DNA of 62,967 bases, counting the filler. It is 9 parts of 9 records of this genome, joined end to end, with 100 filler letters (N's around TTAATTAATTAA, not from the genome) between each part and the next. Parts side by side here need not be neighbours in the genome. Positions count along the whole stretch, not along the records: positions 1 to 8,080 come from SRR31156797_87894; positions 8,181 to 13,261 come from SRR31156797_88140; 7 more parts are not named here. One strand, written 5' to 3'. Below are positions 1-10,557 of the stretch, piece after piece. The position numbers and the translations under genes are program-made. The notes under the pieces are model-generated. The model did not search any database, was not told where the DNA came from, and worked only from the letters and a program-made list of their open reading frames with translations. Every line of letters starts with the position of its first letter. The first letter of the stretch is position 1.

Positions 1-1584
1 ATAATCCCTCATGTTCTTCTCACAAAGGTAACGAAGAATTTGTTCTCTCCTGTCAAGTTCTTCAGACAATCTATCCCTGTCCCATCCTCTGGAGGTTACT
101 ACCTTATTAAGGGCATAGGAGTCACCACTACGGACAAAAGTATCAGTTACCGGATCCCATCTGTAAAGTTCATTTATACGTATGTAACCTGTTTTTGTGT
201 CAATACCTGTAAATTCAACAATACTCTGGGTTCTGCGTACTCTTTTATTATCCACAAAAGTCTGCACCTGTATACTTAGTATATCCAGAGACTGAAGCAT
301 TACATGAGGTACATTAAGTGGTGCACTGTCGAGCCTGTTGATAACCGTCTGCACATCACCTGCGTGCATGGTGGAATAGGTAGCATGGCCTGTGGATATT
401 GCCTGGAATAGCGTGAGTGCCTCTTCACCCCTTATTTCTCCCACCAGGATGTATTCTGGTCTTTGCCTTAAAGCCGAACGCAGGAGGTCATACATGGAAA
501 CCTCTCCGGCACTCTCAGCATTCAGTGCTTTACGGGTAACACCAGCTATCCAGTTGTCGTGGTGAAGTGTTAGTTCCCTTGTATCCTCAATGGAAACAAC
601 CTTGGAAAGAGGCGGAATGAATAATGATACAGCATTTAGAAGTGAGGTCTTACCGGATGCGGTTCCGCCTGCAAAAATGGCACAATCTCCATTTTCCATG
701 GTAAGCCAGAAATAAGCCATCATTTCAACATTACATGTATTGAAATTAATCAGGTCAATAGGGGTAATAGGATCACCCCTGAATTTTCTGATTGTAAACG
801 AGCTACCTCTAGTGGTTATTTCCTTGCCAAGGGTTGCCTGCAAACGGGATCCATCCGGCAGTGTCGCGTCTACCATCGGTTCGCTTATGGAGATGTGTTT
901 CCCGCTTTTCTGGCAGAGTTTGATTACAAGAGAATTCAGGTCTTCTTCCGGGAATGAGATATTTGTTTTAATGTTCCTGTATTTGTTATGGTACATAAAA
1001 ACAGGAACATCTATTCCATCACAGGAAATGTCCTCAATATACGGATCAAGTATGAGTGATTGTATGCGGTCATGCCCCAGAAAATTTCGTTTAAGGTAAT
1101 ATAAAATACGAAAAGTCGATGTAATTTCCAGACTTGCATGATACCTGTTAAAAAGAACAAGTGCATTTTCCATAAGAACACGTTCTTTGTCTCTTAAGGT
1201 GCCTACCCCACCCAGGCTTAGGATGTCCTGGAGATCATCATATACCCTTTCAAGAATATCTTTCTCATAGAGGGTCAATGTCGGTTCTACAACATGGTAT
1301 TGATGGATATTGCCTTTTTCAAGTATGGATATGAAAGAATAAGGCTCGTTTACCCAGTATCTTTCAACTTCTGTGAGCCCCTCTGGAACTTCAAACTCCA
1401 CAAGGGGACCATGTATGTCTGGGTCATACTCTGGAAGAGACTTGCGTGGATGCCTTATATGATGTATTCCTGTCTTGATGCTGTTAATAAAATCTGTGAT
1501 TGTTGATGATCCTTTTTCGTCATCTATAACTGCACTATTAGTGCTGTCTTCTGCTTTATTCACAATAAAGGGATCAGGTTCCAT
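1..1584 (-). CDS. Type II/IV secretion system ATPase (FlaI/VirB11/TadA family), 3' end truncated by window edge; absent from ORF track
   Basis: Manual translation from ATG at 1584 (MEPDPFIVNK...ERYWVNEPY...VVEPTL); Walker A AGGTASGKTS near 645-672; LRQRPEYILVGEIRG and GHATYSTMHA motifs. Confidence 0.9.
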   Translation of the reverse strand, partial: MEPDPFIVNKAEDSTNSAVIDDEKGSSTITDFINSIKTGIHHIRHPRKSLPEYDPDIHGPLVEFEVPEGLTEVERYWVNEPYSFISILEKGNIHQYHVVEPTLTLYEKDILERVYDDLQDILSLGGVGTLRDKERVLMENALVLFNRYHASLEITSTFRILYYLKRNFLGHDRIQSLILDPYIEDISCDGIDVPVFMYHNKYRNIKTNISFPEEDLNSLVIKLCQKSGKHISISEPMVDATLPDGSRLQATLGKEITTRGSSFTIRKFRGDPITPIDLINFNTCNVEMMAYFWLTMENGDCAIFAGGTASGKTSLLNAVSLFIPPLSKVVSIEDTRELTLHHDNWIAGVTRKALNAESAGEVSMYDLLRSALRQRPEYILVGEIRGEEALTLFQAISTGHATYSTMHAGDVQTVINRLDSAPLNVPHVMLQSLDILSIQVQTFVDNKRVRRTQSIVEFTGIDTKTGYIRINELYRWDPVTDTFVRSGDSYALNKVVTSRGWDRDRLSEELDRREQILRYLCEKNMRDY

Positions 1585-1744
1585 TATCGTTATTATATAA
1601 TGCTGTGTATATAAAAAGTCTTTGATATTACTCTGCTTAAAAACACAGATATGACTATTGAGCTTTGAATTTTAAATATTAAATCCTAAGTATTAATTGC
1701 AATATTAAGCTTAAAAAAGAAAAAGTATGAAAATTAGTCAGGGA

Positions 1745-2650
1745 TTACTTTAGTTCAGGAAAAGTCCCAAAGTTCTCCTCATAACGTGCTTTCATTTCGT
1801 CCCAGACGGGCAGATCAGTCTGGCACCCAATATTCTGCACAGCAAAGGATGCTACTGTAGAACCAATCTTACCGCATACTTCCAGTGGGTAGTTCCGTGT
1901 GTATGCCAACAAAAATCCTGCCCTGTAAGCGTCCCCTGCCCCCGTTGGATCAAGGGCTTTTACAGGAACAACAGGTATAGTAACTTCAGTTCCACCATTG
2001 TAAATCTTACTGCCACTTGCATCGTATGTAACCACAACGGTTTCAATCATAGCAAGAATCTCATCCATTGATTTGTCTGTCATGTCACAGACACGCTGGA
2101 TCTCATGCTTGTTGGTGAAAAGGATATTTGTATTCTCAAGAATACTCTCAAGATTTTCCCTGGAATAGGTTACAAGATCCTGTCCCGGATCAAAGGAGAC
2201 AAATTTTGCTTTTTTAGCTATCCTTGCATTGTAAGTTGAATCCGAAGTTGCCAGATGCACGAAATCCACCTCTGGAGGATTCAGTTCTTTGAGTTTTGCA
2301 GATGCACCCCAGTGGAAATATGTACTCTGGTGATGATCCCTGTCAGTGAACACAAAGGCTCTTGTACTCTTCTCTTCAGGGAATCTGTACAAAAGGGAAA
2401 GATCCACACTGTGTTTCTCAAGTTCTGCTTCATAACCTGATGATGCAAAATCTCCGCCTACAGCGGATATAAGCTGTGCATTGCCTTCAAGTATAGCAAT
2501 ACCGATGGCAATGTTGGCAGCTCCGCCTCCATAATACTGGTTGTAATCGATTATAGGGTGGGATTCATTGTGGATTGCAATATTCTCAACATCAAAAAGA
2601 AGGTCTATGGCAGCATGTCCTACAACAGTGATAGTCCGGTCCATGTGCAA
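1745..2650 (-). CDS. PfkB/ribokinase-family carbohydrate or nucleoside kinase
   Basis: GGGAANIA N-terminal signature; DPTGAGDAYRAGF PfkB signature; DPGQ motif. Confidence 0.9.
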   Translation of the reverse strand: MHMDRTITVVGHAAIDLLFDVENIAIHNESHPIIDYNQYYGGGAANIAIGIAILEGNAQLISAVGGDFASSGYEAELEKHSVDLSLLYRFPEEKSTRAFVFTDRDHHQSTYFHWGASAKLKELNPPEVDFVHLATSDSTYNARIAKKAKFVSFDPGQDLVTYSRENLESILENTNILFTNKHEIQRVCDMTDKSMDEILAMIETVVVTYDASGSKIYNGGTEVTIPVVPVKALDPTGAGDAYRAGFLLAYTRNYPLEVCGKIGSTVASFAVQNIGCQTDLPVWDEMKARYEENFGTFPELK

Positions 2651-2658
2651 AACACCTT

Positions 2659-3000
2659 TTATTCGAATTCCTCAACATCAACAACCGCTAGTGGAACATC
2701 CCTGAGTGCTCTTCCAATAACTGATTTAGCGATCCTTGCTGCATGTTCAGAGCTTTCCGCATCAAAAACCTTCATCTCAAGGACAAGGCCTACAATTGCA
2801 GTATTTGCAGCAATAAAAACACTACTGAAAGGTTCTTCACATGCAGGACAAAATGTTGTGCCGACGTCGACTTCAACATAATCAAGTTTAGGATTAAGGC
2901 GTTTACCTGCCTCAGAAATTGCAACGCCTATTGCGTCATCTGCTGACTTTACGTCTCTAACCAACCAGGCGGCTTCAAGTGTAACATGATAATTTGACAT
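2659..3000 (-). CDS. UPF0212/DUF555 archaeal protein
   Basis: 113 aa; [25 protein letters not shown] and CPAC, typical of this euryarchaeal family. Confidence 0.8.
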   Translation of the reverse strand: MSNYHVTLEAAWLVRDVKSADDAIGVAISEAGKRLNPKLDYVEVDVGTTFCPACEEPFSSVFIAANTAIVGLVLEMKVFDAESSEHAARIAKSVIGRALRDVPLAVVDVEEFE

Positions 3001-3079
3001 TAGATCTCTCCGATTTATACTTCATTTCATCTTCAACTGTAATTTTATTTAATTTTAATTCAACTGTGGCCTCTTCAGC

Positions 3080-3361
3080 CTATATTGTAAATAATACATC
3101 ATCATCAACATTAAACAGGCCAAGCCTTGCTCCTGCATCAAGCCACGCATGACCGTAGCTGAAACAGACAAGAGCATTTACAGGGTCATCGATCTTCACA
3201 AAATGAAGACCGTCATTGTAATATGAACTTGCCATGTTGCGGTAGTCACCGGCAACTGTATACATGTGTGATTGTGGAATAGGAGCTATCTCAGCCTTCT
3301 TAAGGGCTTCCCTTAATAGTCGCTCATATCTCTTAACTTTTTCATTCAGCTCAGCAGCCAT
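3080..3361 (-). CDS. DUF357 family protein (start moved to MAAELNEK)
   Basis: MA.SYY.DG.HF...D.VNAL.CFSYGHAWLDAG motif; the longer track ORF overlaps the HerA gene. Confidence 0.8.
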   Translation of the reverse strand: MAAELNEKVKRYERLLREALKKAEIAPIPQSHMYTVAGDYRNMASSYYNDGLHFVKIDDPVNALVCFSYGHAWLDAGARLGLFNVDDDVLFTI

Positions 3362-3392
3362 ATTAACCACACATGCTCTAAAGTACTCATAC

Positions 3393-5153
3393 TTAATTAT
3401 CTGTTCGCCCAAACAATTTCTTGAACAATTTACCGCCGCCCTGATTATCATCTTCCTTTTGAGGTGCACGGGATGGTTTTCTTTTTGGTGGCGGGGCAAA
3501 CTCAGGCTCCTGTCCAGGAACCTCCATTACCGGAACATCTACTACAACGTCGTGTTCCTGCACAGCCTCAGATGCACTTACCGGCGGCACCTCTCTTCTA
3601 ACAGGGGTAGGAGTTACCGGCTCATGCTTTTCTATTTCAAACTCCGGTGGTGGCGGAATTGTCACTGTCTTTGCTGCCTTGAGCACGTTTACCGATTCAC
3701 CACCATGTTTGGATTTTCTTATCCTGATATCCACAAGCACAGGACGCTCAATATCATTACTCACAAGCATGGCAACACCCGGGGGCAGACGCATGAGTTC
3801 TTCTTCAACATAAGATGTGACTCCTTCAAGACCTTTGCTTATAGCTTTCAGATCGTTAGGATTTGTAACTTTCATTATGACCTGGGTACCACATTGTGAC
3901 AATACGTTCTTGTCAATCCTGGCAGGTCTCTGGGAAATGACCATCATTCCAAGACCGAATTTTCTTCCCTCGGATGCTATTGTCCTGAGAATATCAGTAC
4001 TTGTGGTCTTGCTGAAACCTTTCTCAGGTGCATAGTTATGAGCTTCCTCCACAACAAGCATTCCCGGAGGAATGAGATTTAGCTTGCGTGACTCAAAAAG
4101 ACTCGAACAAAGGCTTGCAACTATCATACTTTGCAGGTTAGGTGGAACACCCTTAAAATCAATAACCGATGCCTTTCCTTTCTGGAAAAGTTCTTCGATT
4201 GATGTAGGGTTGGGAGAGAGAACACCTGTGTCTCTTATCTCTTCCAGTGCATTGATCACGGTCCATTTGGCTTTGCTCTTATCGTTACCAACCTCAAAAA
4301 TAATATCCTCGATGGTGTATGTTTCCATTTCAGAACGTAATTTCTGTATGGCTTCATACAGAATCCCGGTGTGGGTTGTTGAGAAATTATCAGGGAAGAT
4401 TGATGTCAGGTCCCTGACTGTAAGATTCATACCGTTCAACCTGAAAAGTTCATCTGCATCAGGATTTAACGCCTTGCTTGCAGGTGTATATACCTTAATA
4501 CTTGCACCGTAACCTTTTGGTTTCACTCCAAAACGTGCGAAATCCTCTTCGCTTCCTGCCCCTTCAACCTTCAGGGAAGCGTATTCGCTGTGCGGATCAA
4601 TAATCAGAAGGGGAATGTTGTGATCCAGAAGTTCTTCAAGCAGAACAGACGCTGTATACGATTTGCCGCTACCGGTCTTTGCCAGTATACTGCAGTGTTT
4701 CTGCACAAGACTGTTGACACTGAGCTGGACTTTGATACCTGTTCCTTCAAGCATACCAATATCCATTTCATTGCCCACCAATCCGAGGACTGGCCTGATC
4801 AGGCCTTCATCCGCTGCAAAAATAGGACTTCCCGGGCTAAATGGGATTACAGGTGCCCTGAGCATGCCTGTTTCATCCCTTGAACCAATTATCATAACAT
4901 CTGCAACGATCTTGTCATCACTCTTGTCGGCACGCTGTCCTTTCATTGCCTCTTCAATGGAAAATGAATCACTATATCGCTTGATAGCCATTACCTGGCC
5001 AAGTACCCATGTGTGATCTTTTTCCTCACTGGAAGCATCGTGCCAGACTTTGATATATGCGCCTCTGTACACTTTGGAACTGTCAAAAACCATTACCTTG
5101 AACTCAAAGGTTCCTGTTTCTCCAAAAATTACGCCTACTGAACCTCTTACCAT
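3393..5153 (-). CDS. HerA/FtsK-like ATPase (DUF87) with N-terminal HAS-barrel-like region and Pro-rich tail
   Basis: Walker A AKTGSGKS; IIDPHSEY; Walker B VVEEAHNY; EGRKFG and SQRPA motifs. Confidence 0.85.
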   Translation of the reverse strand: MVRGSVGVIFGETGTFEFKVMVFDSSKVYRGAYIKVWHDASSEEKDHTWVLGQVMAIKRYSDSFSIEEAMKGQRADKSDDKIVADVMIIGSRDETGMLRAPVIPFSPGSPIFAADEGLIRPVLGLVGNEMDIGMLEGTGIKVQLSVNSLVQKHCSILAKTGSGKSYTASVLLEELLDHNIPLLIIDPHSEYASLKVEGAGSEEDFARFGVKPKGYGASIKVYTPASKALNPDADELFRLNGMNLTVRDLTSIFPDNFSTTHTGILYEAIQKLRSEMETYTIEDIIFEVGNDKSKAKWTVINALEEIRDTGVLSPNPTSIEELFQKGKASVIDFKGVPPNLQSMIVASLCSSLFESRKLNLIPPGMLVVEEAHNYAPEKGFSKTTSTDILRTIASEGRKFGLGMMVISQRPARIDKNVLSQCGTQVIMKVTNPNDLKAISKGLEGVTSYVEEELMRLPPGVAMLVSNDIERPVLVDIRIRKSKHGGESVNVLKAAKTVTIPPPPEFEIEKHEPVTPTPVRREVPPVSASEAVQEHDVVVDVPVMEVPGQEPEFAPPPKRKPSRAPQKEDDNQGGGKLFKKLFGRTDN

Positions 5154-5215
5154 TTTTCATCCCTCAATTTCATGGTCTTCGCTAGTATGTTTATTATGTA
5201 TTATTATATCTTCCC

Positions 5216-6019
5216 TCAGTCATCAAGTTCTTCAAGAATCCCGGAAGGTGCTCCTGCCAGCCCGACAAGAGCTTCTGCTTCAATAAAATGCAATGATGCT
5301 GGAATTACCAGTATGTGCAGAGGTTCACCAAAGTCCTCTTCCTTTAAATCTTGTGCATATCCTGCCTTTACTACAGGTTCATCAGATCCTGCCCTGGCAA
5401 TACCAACTGCAATAGCATCTTCCATAATACCTTCTCCACGCTTGTTCTCTACTTTAAAGAGAAGATTAAGTGCCTGATTTACAGTCATGTAACCCTTGTC
5501 TTTGTCAATATCCAGAAAGACAAGGGTATGCATATTGTGCTCCTTATTGAGTTTTATAGTATCATAGGGCGTTTCCGAGATTATTGTGTTTCCACGGCTA
5601 CTGGTATATGGGTGTGGTATTGTTGAGGCTTTTCCAAAACGATAGTTCTGCAAACCTGAAAGACCACAGATAGCCGAAGCAATAGAGGCACCATGTATTA
5701 GTTTTGTTTCAATACCAAGGTCCTTTGCACGAAGACGCAGGTCAACATGTGTCGTTGAGACCATTGTGTCCCCGCCTGTAAGGAACACCACATTCTTATC
5801 CCTGGCTTTAACAAGCCAGTCAGGAGAGATTTCCACATCTTCCCTCAAAAGTACATTAACTTCTTTACCGTAGAGCTGTTCAAGTTTCTTCACAGTACTA
5901 CCCATCAGACATGAAGTATAGAATTCTGCAAATACCATATCAGCATTTTTTATAGCTTCAAGTCCTTTCAGGGAAATATCTTTCTCATCAAAAAGGCCAA
6001 GTCCTATGAAAGTGAGCAT
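5216..6019 (-). CDS. dph5: Diphthine synthase
   Basis: MLTFIGLGL.DEKDISLKGLE, EFYTS, GD..VSTTH.DL, GLQNYRFGK, HTLVFLDI. Confidence 0.95.
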   Translation of the reverse strand: MLTFIGLGLFDEKDISLKGLEAIKNADMVFAEFYTSCLMGSTVKKLEQLYGKEVNVLLREDVEISPDWLVKARDKNVVFLTGGDTMVSTTHVDLRLRAKDLGIETKLIHGASIASAICGLSGLQNYRFGKASTIPHPYTSSRGNTIISETPYDTIKLNKEHNMHTLVFLDIDKDKGYMTVNQALNLLFKVENKRGEGIMEDAIAVGIARAGSDEPVVKAGYAQDLKEEDFGEPLHILVIPASLHFIEAEALVGLAGAPSGILEELDD

Positions 6020-6202
6020 AATCCGTTCATATGTCCTTATGGGATAAATGCTTTGAGAAGGATGAAGATGTGTTAATAAATACAGGGAGAGCTTAAGGCA
6101 AGGCTCGAAAGGTTTTTATAGAACCACATACAGTTAGTTTCACTCATAATAATACAGAATTACTTACATTCACTATAATAGTAATATTGGAGGACCAAAG
6201 TC

Positions 6203-7840
6203 ATGGCAGGATATGGTAATCAACCACAACAACCTTTAATCATCGTTGATCCAAGTAAAGAGCGCACAACAGGAAAAGATGCACTATCAATGAACATCGC
6301 ATCTGCACAAGCAGTAGCAGGCATTGTTAAAACAACACTTGGTCCAAAGGGTATGGACAAGATGCTTGTTAACATCATGGGAGATATAATCCTGACAAAT
6401 GATGGTGCAACTATTCTTGAAGAAATGGAGATAGAGCATCCTACTGCAAGAATGATAGTTGAAGTTGCAAAGACACAGGAAAAGATGGCTGGTGACGGAA
6501 CAACCAGTGCTGTGGTTCTGGCAGGCGCACTACTTGATAAGGCACAGAAATTAATTGAGACCGGTGTCCACCCTACTGTTCTTGTAAAGGGCTACACTAT
6601 GGCAACCAAAAAGGCGCTTGAGGTCCTTAACGACTATGCTGTTACCGTCGAGAAGAGCGACAGGGAAATGCTTGAGAAAATAGCAAACACTTCCATTACC
6701 GGAAAAGCATCTGAGATGGCAGGCGAACACCTTGCAAATATTTGTGTGGATGCTATCTATGCCATTGAAAATGATGGAGAGGTCGACGTTGACAAGGACA
6801 TCGTAATGGCAAAGGAGATTGGTGGAACCGTTCACGACACTGAGCTCATCAATGGTATTTCTATCATGAAAGAAGCACTTCACAGTGAGATGCCACGCCG
6901 CATAGAGAATGCAAAAATAGCTCTTATTGATACTGAACTTGTGTTCGCGCAGACAAACACTAACTCCAAGCTTCAGGTTGACAATGCTGAACAGTTGTTC
7001 GACTTCAAGGAGCAGGAAAAGGCAAACTTCAGAAAGACCATCCAGAAGATAATTGATACTGGAGCAAACGTTGTATTCTGCTCCAAGAAAATGGACGACT
7101 ATGCACTTCACTTCTTCAAGGAAGCAAACGTGTACGCTACAAGGCGTGTAAAGGATGAGGATATGGAAGTTCTTTCATACTCCACCGGTGCAGCACTTGT
7201 AAGGAACGTTAATGAGCTCACAGCTGATGATCTTGGATACGCAGAACTTGTAGAGCAGGAAGATGAGCATGAAGAGAAGACCTACATCAAGGGCTTCAAG
7301 GATGCAAGGACCATGACTATCATCATCAAGGGCGGTTCAGAACATGTTACTGACAGTGTCGAGCGTGTGTTCGATGATGCACTTCATGTTGTAAAGTCAG
7401 TTTATGAAGATGGAAAGATAGTACCTGGCGGCGGTGCATCCGAGATCGAGGTCTCAATGGCACTCAGAAAGTACGCTGCATCTGTCGAGGGACGTGAACA
7501 GCTTTCAGTCATTGCTTTTGCAGATGCTATAGAAGAACTTCCAAAGGCTATCGCAAGTAACTGTGGTTTCGATACCATTGACACTATCATTGACCTGCGT
7601 GCAAAACACGGAACTGTAAAGAATGCAGGGCTAGATGTCGAGTCAGGTGATGTTATTGATATGCTTGATGTGGGCATTGTAGACCCACTCAGAGTCAAGA
7701 CACAGGCAATTAATTCAGCTGCAGAAGCTGCATTGGTCGTACTTCGTGTTGATGATATGCTCCGTGCAAGGGAACAGGCTATGATGGATGTAAAGCCTGA
7801 ACACAACATTCACAACTACGACGCAACAGGTATGCTGTAA
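6203..7840 (+). CDS. Thermosome (group II chaperonin) subunit
   Basis: [38 protein letters not shown] motifs; GGAGG RBS. Confidence 0.95.
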   Translation: MAGYGNQPQQPLIIVDPSKERTTGKDALSMNIASAQAVAGIVKTTLGPKGMDKMLVNIMGDIILTNDGATILEEMEIEHPTARMIVEVAKTQEKMAGDGTTSAVVLAGALLDKAQKLIETGVHPTVLVKGYTMATKKALEVLNDYAVTVEKSDREMLEKIANTSITGKASEMAGEHLANICVDAIYAIENDGEVDVDKDIVMAKEIGGTVHDTELINGISIMKEALHSEMPRRIENAKIALIDTELVFAQTNTNSKLQVDNAEQLFDFKEQEKANFRKTIQKIIDTGANVVFCSKKMDDYALHFFKEANVYATRRVKDEDMEVLSYSTGAALVRNVNELTADDLGYAELVEQEDEHEEKTYIKGFKDARTMTIIIKGGSEHVTDSVERVFDDALHVVKSVYEDGKIVPGGGASEIEVSMALRKYAASVEGREQLSVIAFADAIEELPKAIASNCGFDTIDTIIDLRAKHGTVKNAGLDVESGDVIDMLDVGIVDPLRVKTQAINSAAEAALVVLRVDDMLRAREQAMMDVKPEHNIHNYDATGML

Positions 7841-8080
7841 AGAGGTTCAAACCTCTTTATCATTTCTTTTTTTTGCTACTATTGTCTTTTCTGATGTATT
7901 TTTATTCATTTTTTGTAGTAGAGTCATCTCTCCTAACCCAAACAATCCGCTTACGGTTTGTTTATTCTCCAATAATATACTAATAAATTAAATAAAATGA
8001 TTAATCATGATAGATTCGCAAATGCTTATATACTATTAATTCCTAGTATATCATGATAAATCATGACAGAACAATACTAC

Positions 8081-8180
8081 NNNNNNNNNNNNNNNNNNNN
8101 NNNNNNNNNNNNNNNNNNNNNNNNTTAATTAATTAANNNNNNNNNNNNNNNNNNNNNNNNNNNNNNNNNNNNNNNNNNNN
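8081..8180. other. Artificial contig spacer; identical spacers at 13262-13361, 18602-18701, 26020-26119, 32786-32885, 37973-38072, 47381-47480, 55372-55471
   Basis: 100-nt N run with central TTAATTAATTAA (stops in all six frames); genes truncated and GC content shifts at the spacers. Confidence 0.98.
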
Positions 8181-8181
8181 C

Positions 8182-8361
8182 CAAAACCCTTTTCAGGGGA
8201 CCAACGCCGGTAATGGAGATGCCTTTGTGACAAAACTTACCGATGCCAATATCTCGCCCCCGATTCCTACATTGAACGAATGGGGGCTGATCGGTTTAAC
8301 ACTGCTTATGATAGTATTAGGCATTATGACAATTCGCAAACAGATGGCCGCATCAGTTTGA
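8182..8361 (+). CDS. 3' end of an SBBP-repeat protein with IPTL-CTERM sorting signal (5' truncated)
   Basis: QNPFQGTNAGNGDAFVTKL...PIPTLNEWGLIGLTLLMIVLGIMTIRKQ: IPTL motif, TM helix, basic tail. Confidence 0.8.
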   Translation, partial: QNPFQGTNAGNGDAFVTKLTDANISPPIPTLNEWGLIGLTLLMIVLGIMTIRKQMAASV

Positions 8362-8385
8362 TCAAATCCCTGTAGTGTATGGCAC

Positions 8386-8416
8386 AAAAGGCGGGGGCGC
8401 TTGTCTCCGCCTTTTT
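8386..8416 (+). terminator. Intrinsic terminator
   Basis: AAAAGGCGGGGG-loop-CTCCGCCTTTTT. Confidence 0.7.
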
Positions 8417-8549
8417 AATATAAAGCACACTCGAGTTTGAAAACCGATATTTGCCACCAACCAGCCTGGATAAATCCCCCACAAGAGAATAGCAGACGCT
8501 CGACAAGGGTAAGCGCCAATAAAAAAACATCTTCCCTGTAACTCAAGTT

Positions 8550-8905
8550 TGATGCTCTCGTAAAAAGTCAGCAAGCGTTTAGATCGGAATTTCGAACATA
8601 AGCTCAAAATTTCGGAAGAATATACCAAGATTTTTTTTCAGCCGAGTTCGAAACAAGAAAAAGTGCTCTTTGAAAACAAAAATAGCGCGCGTTCGAGCAG
8701 AAGACCCTCCTGCCTTAGGTCCTTTAGCCCTTTTCATGGCCTTTTGAGCGAAAGTTGCCCTGAAGAGGTTAATTGCTGTGACTTTTAGTATGGCACAAAA
8801 CCGTACAGCTTTGAGGCCCCTCACTCTAAGATGCTTGACCCCGGTTTTCCTGTCAAATTCAGACATGGCCGCTTCGACACCTGCACGCGATCTATAACGA
8901 TCGTT
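8550..8905 (-). mobile_element. IS remnant: C-terminus of a DDE transposase (IS1182/IS5-like) plus probable right terminal repeat
   Basis: Minus-strand YRSRAGVEAAMSEFDRKTGVKHLRVRGL; GACTTTTTACGAGAGCATCA at 8569-8550 resembles IS/MITE ends of Desulfobacterota. Confidence 0.7.
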
Positions 8906-10126
8906 TTTGCTGCGGCTGCGTATAATCTGGCAGAAACCACCCGCACCATTGAAGTCGCCAAGGCTATCAAATCTATGTTCAATATCGAATTTATGAGTTA
9001 TGGAGGTGACTTTGAAGCCCTTATTGAAAAGGAGGGATTTACCCATACGCTGATCGAACCCGAATTAACGCCTAAGAAAATCGAACATATCTATAAGGTG
9101 GATCAAGGCCAGTCTTTCTCCTATATGTTCAACAGGGAAGAAGTAGAGGAACAGGTCAAGAATGAAATCGCTTATTATGAGAGGGTAAAACCCGCTGCCG
9201 TGGTTACCGGGTTTAATCTCAGCAGCACTGTCTCATGTACTGTGGCCAAGATACCCTTGGTCTGGCTTTGTCAATCGACCTGGTTTTTGAATGATTATCT
9301 TAAGCAGGATTATGCCAAGTATGCGGATATGCTCGATTACCCTGGAATGCGTCTCTTGCCGGATCACACGTTGTGTTGGTTGACTCAAAAACTTTTTAAG
9401 ATGGCTGACTTATACAGCAAACCTTACAATCAGGTTCTTGAAAGCTACGGATGTGAGCCCTGGGACTCGATGCAACAGTCCTATGTGGGGGACTACAACT
9501 TATTGTGTGAGCCTGATGATTTCTGCGAATTTGATCCATCAAGCCGAAACAATATCTATATTGGACCACTTATAGGAAAAGTCGACACACCTGTTCCCCG
9601 TGAAATTCTGGATCTTCCGAAAGACAAACCCATGATCTATTTTGCCATGGGTAGTTCTGGTCAGGCGAAGGTTATTGCTGAGATTATCGAAAGTTTTGAA
9701 GATAAGAATTATTATGTTGTGGCACCGGTGAAAAAACATCTGGAAAAACTCAAACACCCATTGAGAGTACCAGCCAATGTTCTGGTAACTGATTGGCTTC
9801 CTGCCCATAAAGTCAATCCCATGGCAGACCTTTCAGTTATTCATGGCGGAATTGGGACGGTGATGACCGCAGTGCTTTCCGGAAAGCCGATTGTCGGGGT
9901 GGGAATGCAACCTGAGCAGGAATACAATATTGACTGTTTGGTCCGAAAAGGCTTTGCAATTCGAATACGTAAGCCCAGAGTTAGTGCGAAAACCATGAAC
10001 CAAGCAATTGAGGAAATGTTATTCAATGAAGATGCGAGGGAGAAAGCATCCAGCTATCAGAAGGTGATGAAAAAGTGGGATACGCCTGAATACATGCAGA
10101 TGTTCTTTAGAGAAACTTTCGTTTGA
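8831..10126 (+). CDS. GT-B glycosyltransferase (MGT/UGT-like, GT1/GT28); native start apparently lost near 8895
   Basis: YNLAETTR N-terminal motif, FAMGSSG, WLPA, IHGGIGT, QPEQ; first ~22 aa lie in antisense IS sequence. Confidence 0.8.
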   Translation: MLDPGFPVKFRHGRFDTCTRSITIVFAAAAYNLAETTRTIEVAKAIKSMFNIEFMSYGGDFEALIEKEGFTHTLIEPELTPKKIEHIYKVDQGQSFSYMFNREEVEEQVKNEIAYYERVKPAAVVTGFNLSSTVSCTVAKIPLVWLCQSTWFLNDYLKQDYAKYADMLDYPGMRLLPDHTLCWLTQKLFKMADLYSKPYNQVLESYGCEPWDSMQQSYVGDYNLLCEPDDFCEFDPSSRNNIYIGPLIGKVDTPVPREILDLPKDKPMIYFAMGSSGQAKVIAEIIESFEDKNYYVVAPVKKHLEKLKHPLRVPANVLVTDWLPAHKVNPMADLSVIHGGIGTVMTAVLSGKPIVGVGMQPEQEYNIDCLVRKGFAIRIRKPRVSAKTMNQAIEEMLFNEDAREKASSYQKVMKKWDTPEYMQMFFRETFV

Positions 10127-10557
10127 ACAGAGCATGGCTGGAAGCCAAGATATGTATTTGATATCTGTACATTTTAGCTGCTTCAGGTATGTTGGAGGAA
10201 GCACAAGTGTCATGCCATCCAAGAGGAGGCTATTTCCAGCATCTCTCAACGCTTAATCCATCGCCGTCCCGATGAGGATATCACAGTCCTTCCGTGATCT
10301 GATTTTTAACAAGAATCAGTAACTATTGTATTCCGGAGATTCATTCGTATGCAAAACAACTTAGGGGGAAGTGGATTCAAGAAAATTATCGGTAATCCAG
10401 CATCACCAGGCGGATAATGAGTATTCTCATGGCCAATCTGCAGCCGATAATCCCTGGAAAATGAGATTGGCGTATAATTGCGTCGGGTTTCCTATTCCTA
10501 AGGACGTCATAGAATGCCAGGAGCATGGTTTTTAGATTCCATTCCCCTTGAATGCCG

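Noticed and set aside
40-1506. Plus-strand ORFs 40-279, 740-1099, 1294-1506
   Set aside because: Antisense to the secretion ATPase, which the track missed because its stop is outside the window.
10130-10550. Possible degraded gene or ncRNA between the GT and PI-PLC genes
   Set aside because: Only short stop-interrupted frames and no recognisable motif or stable structure.
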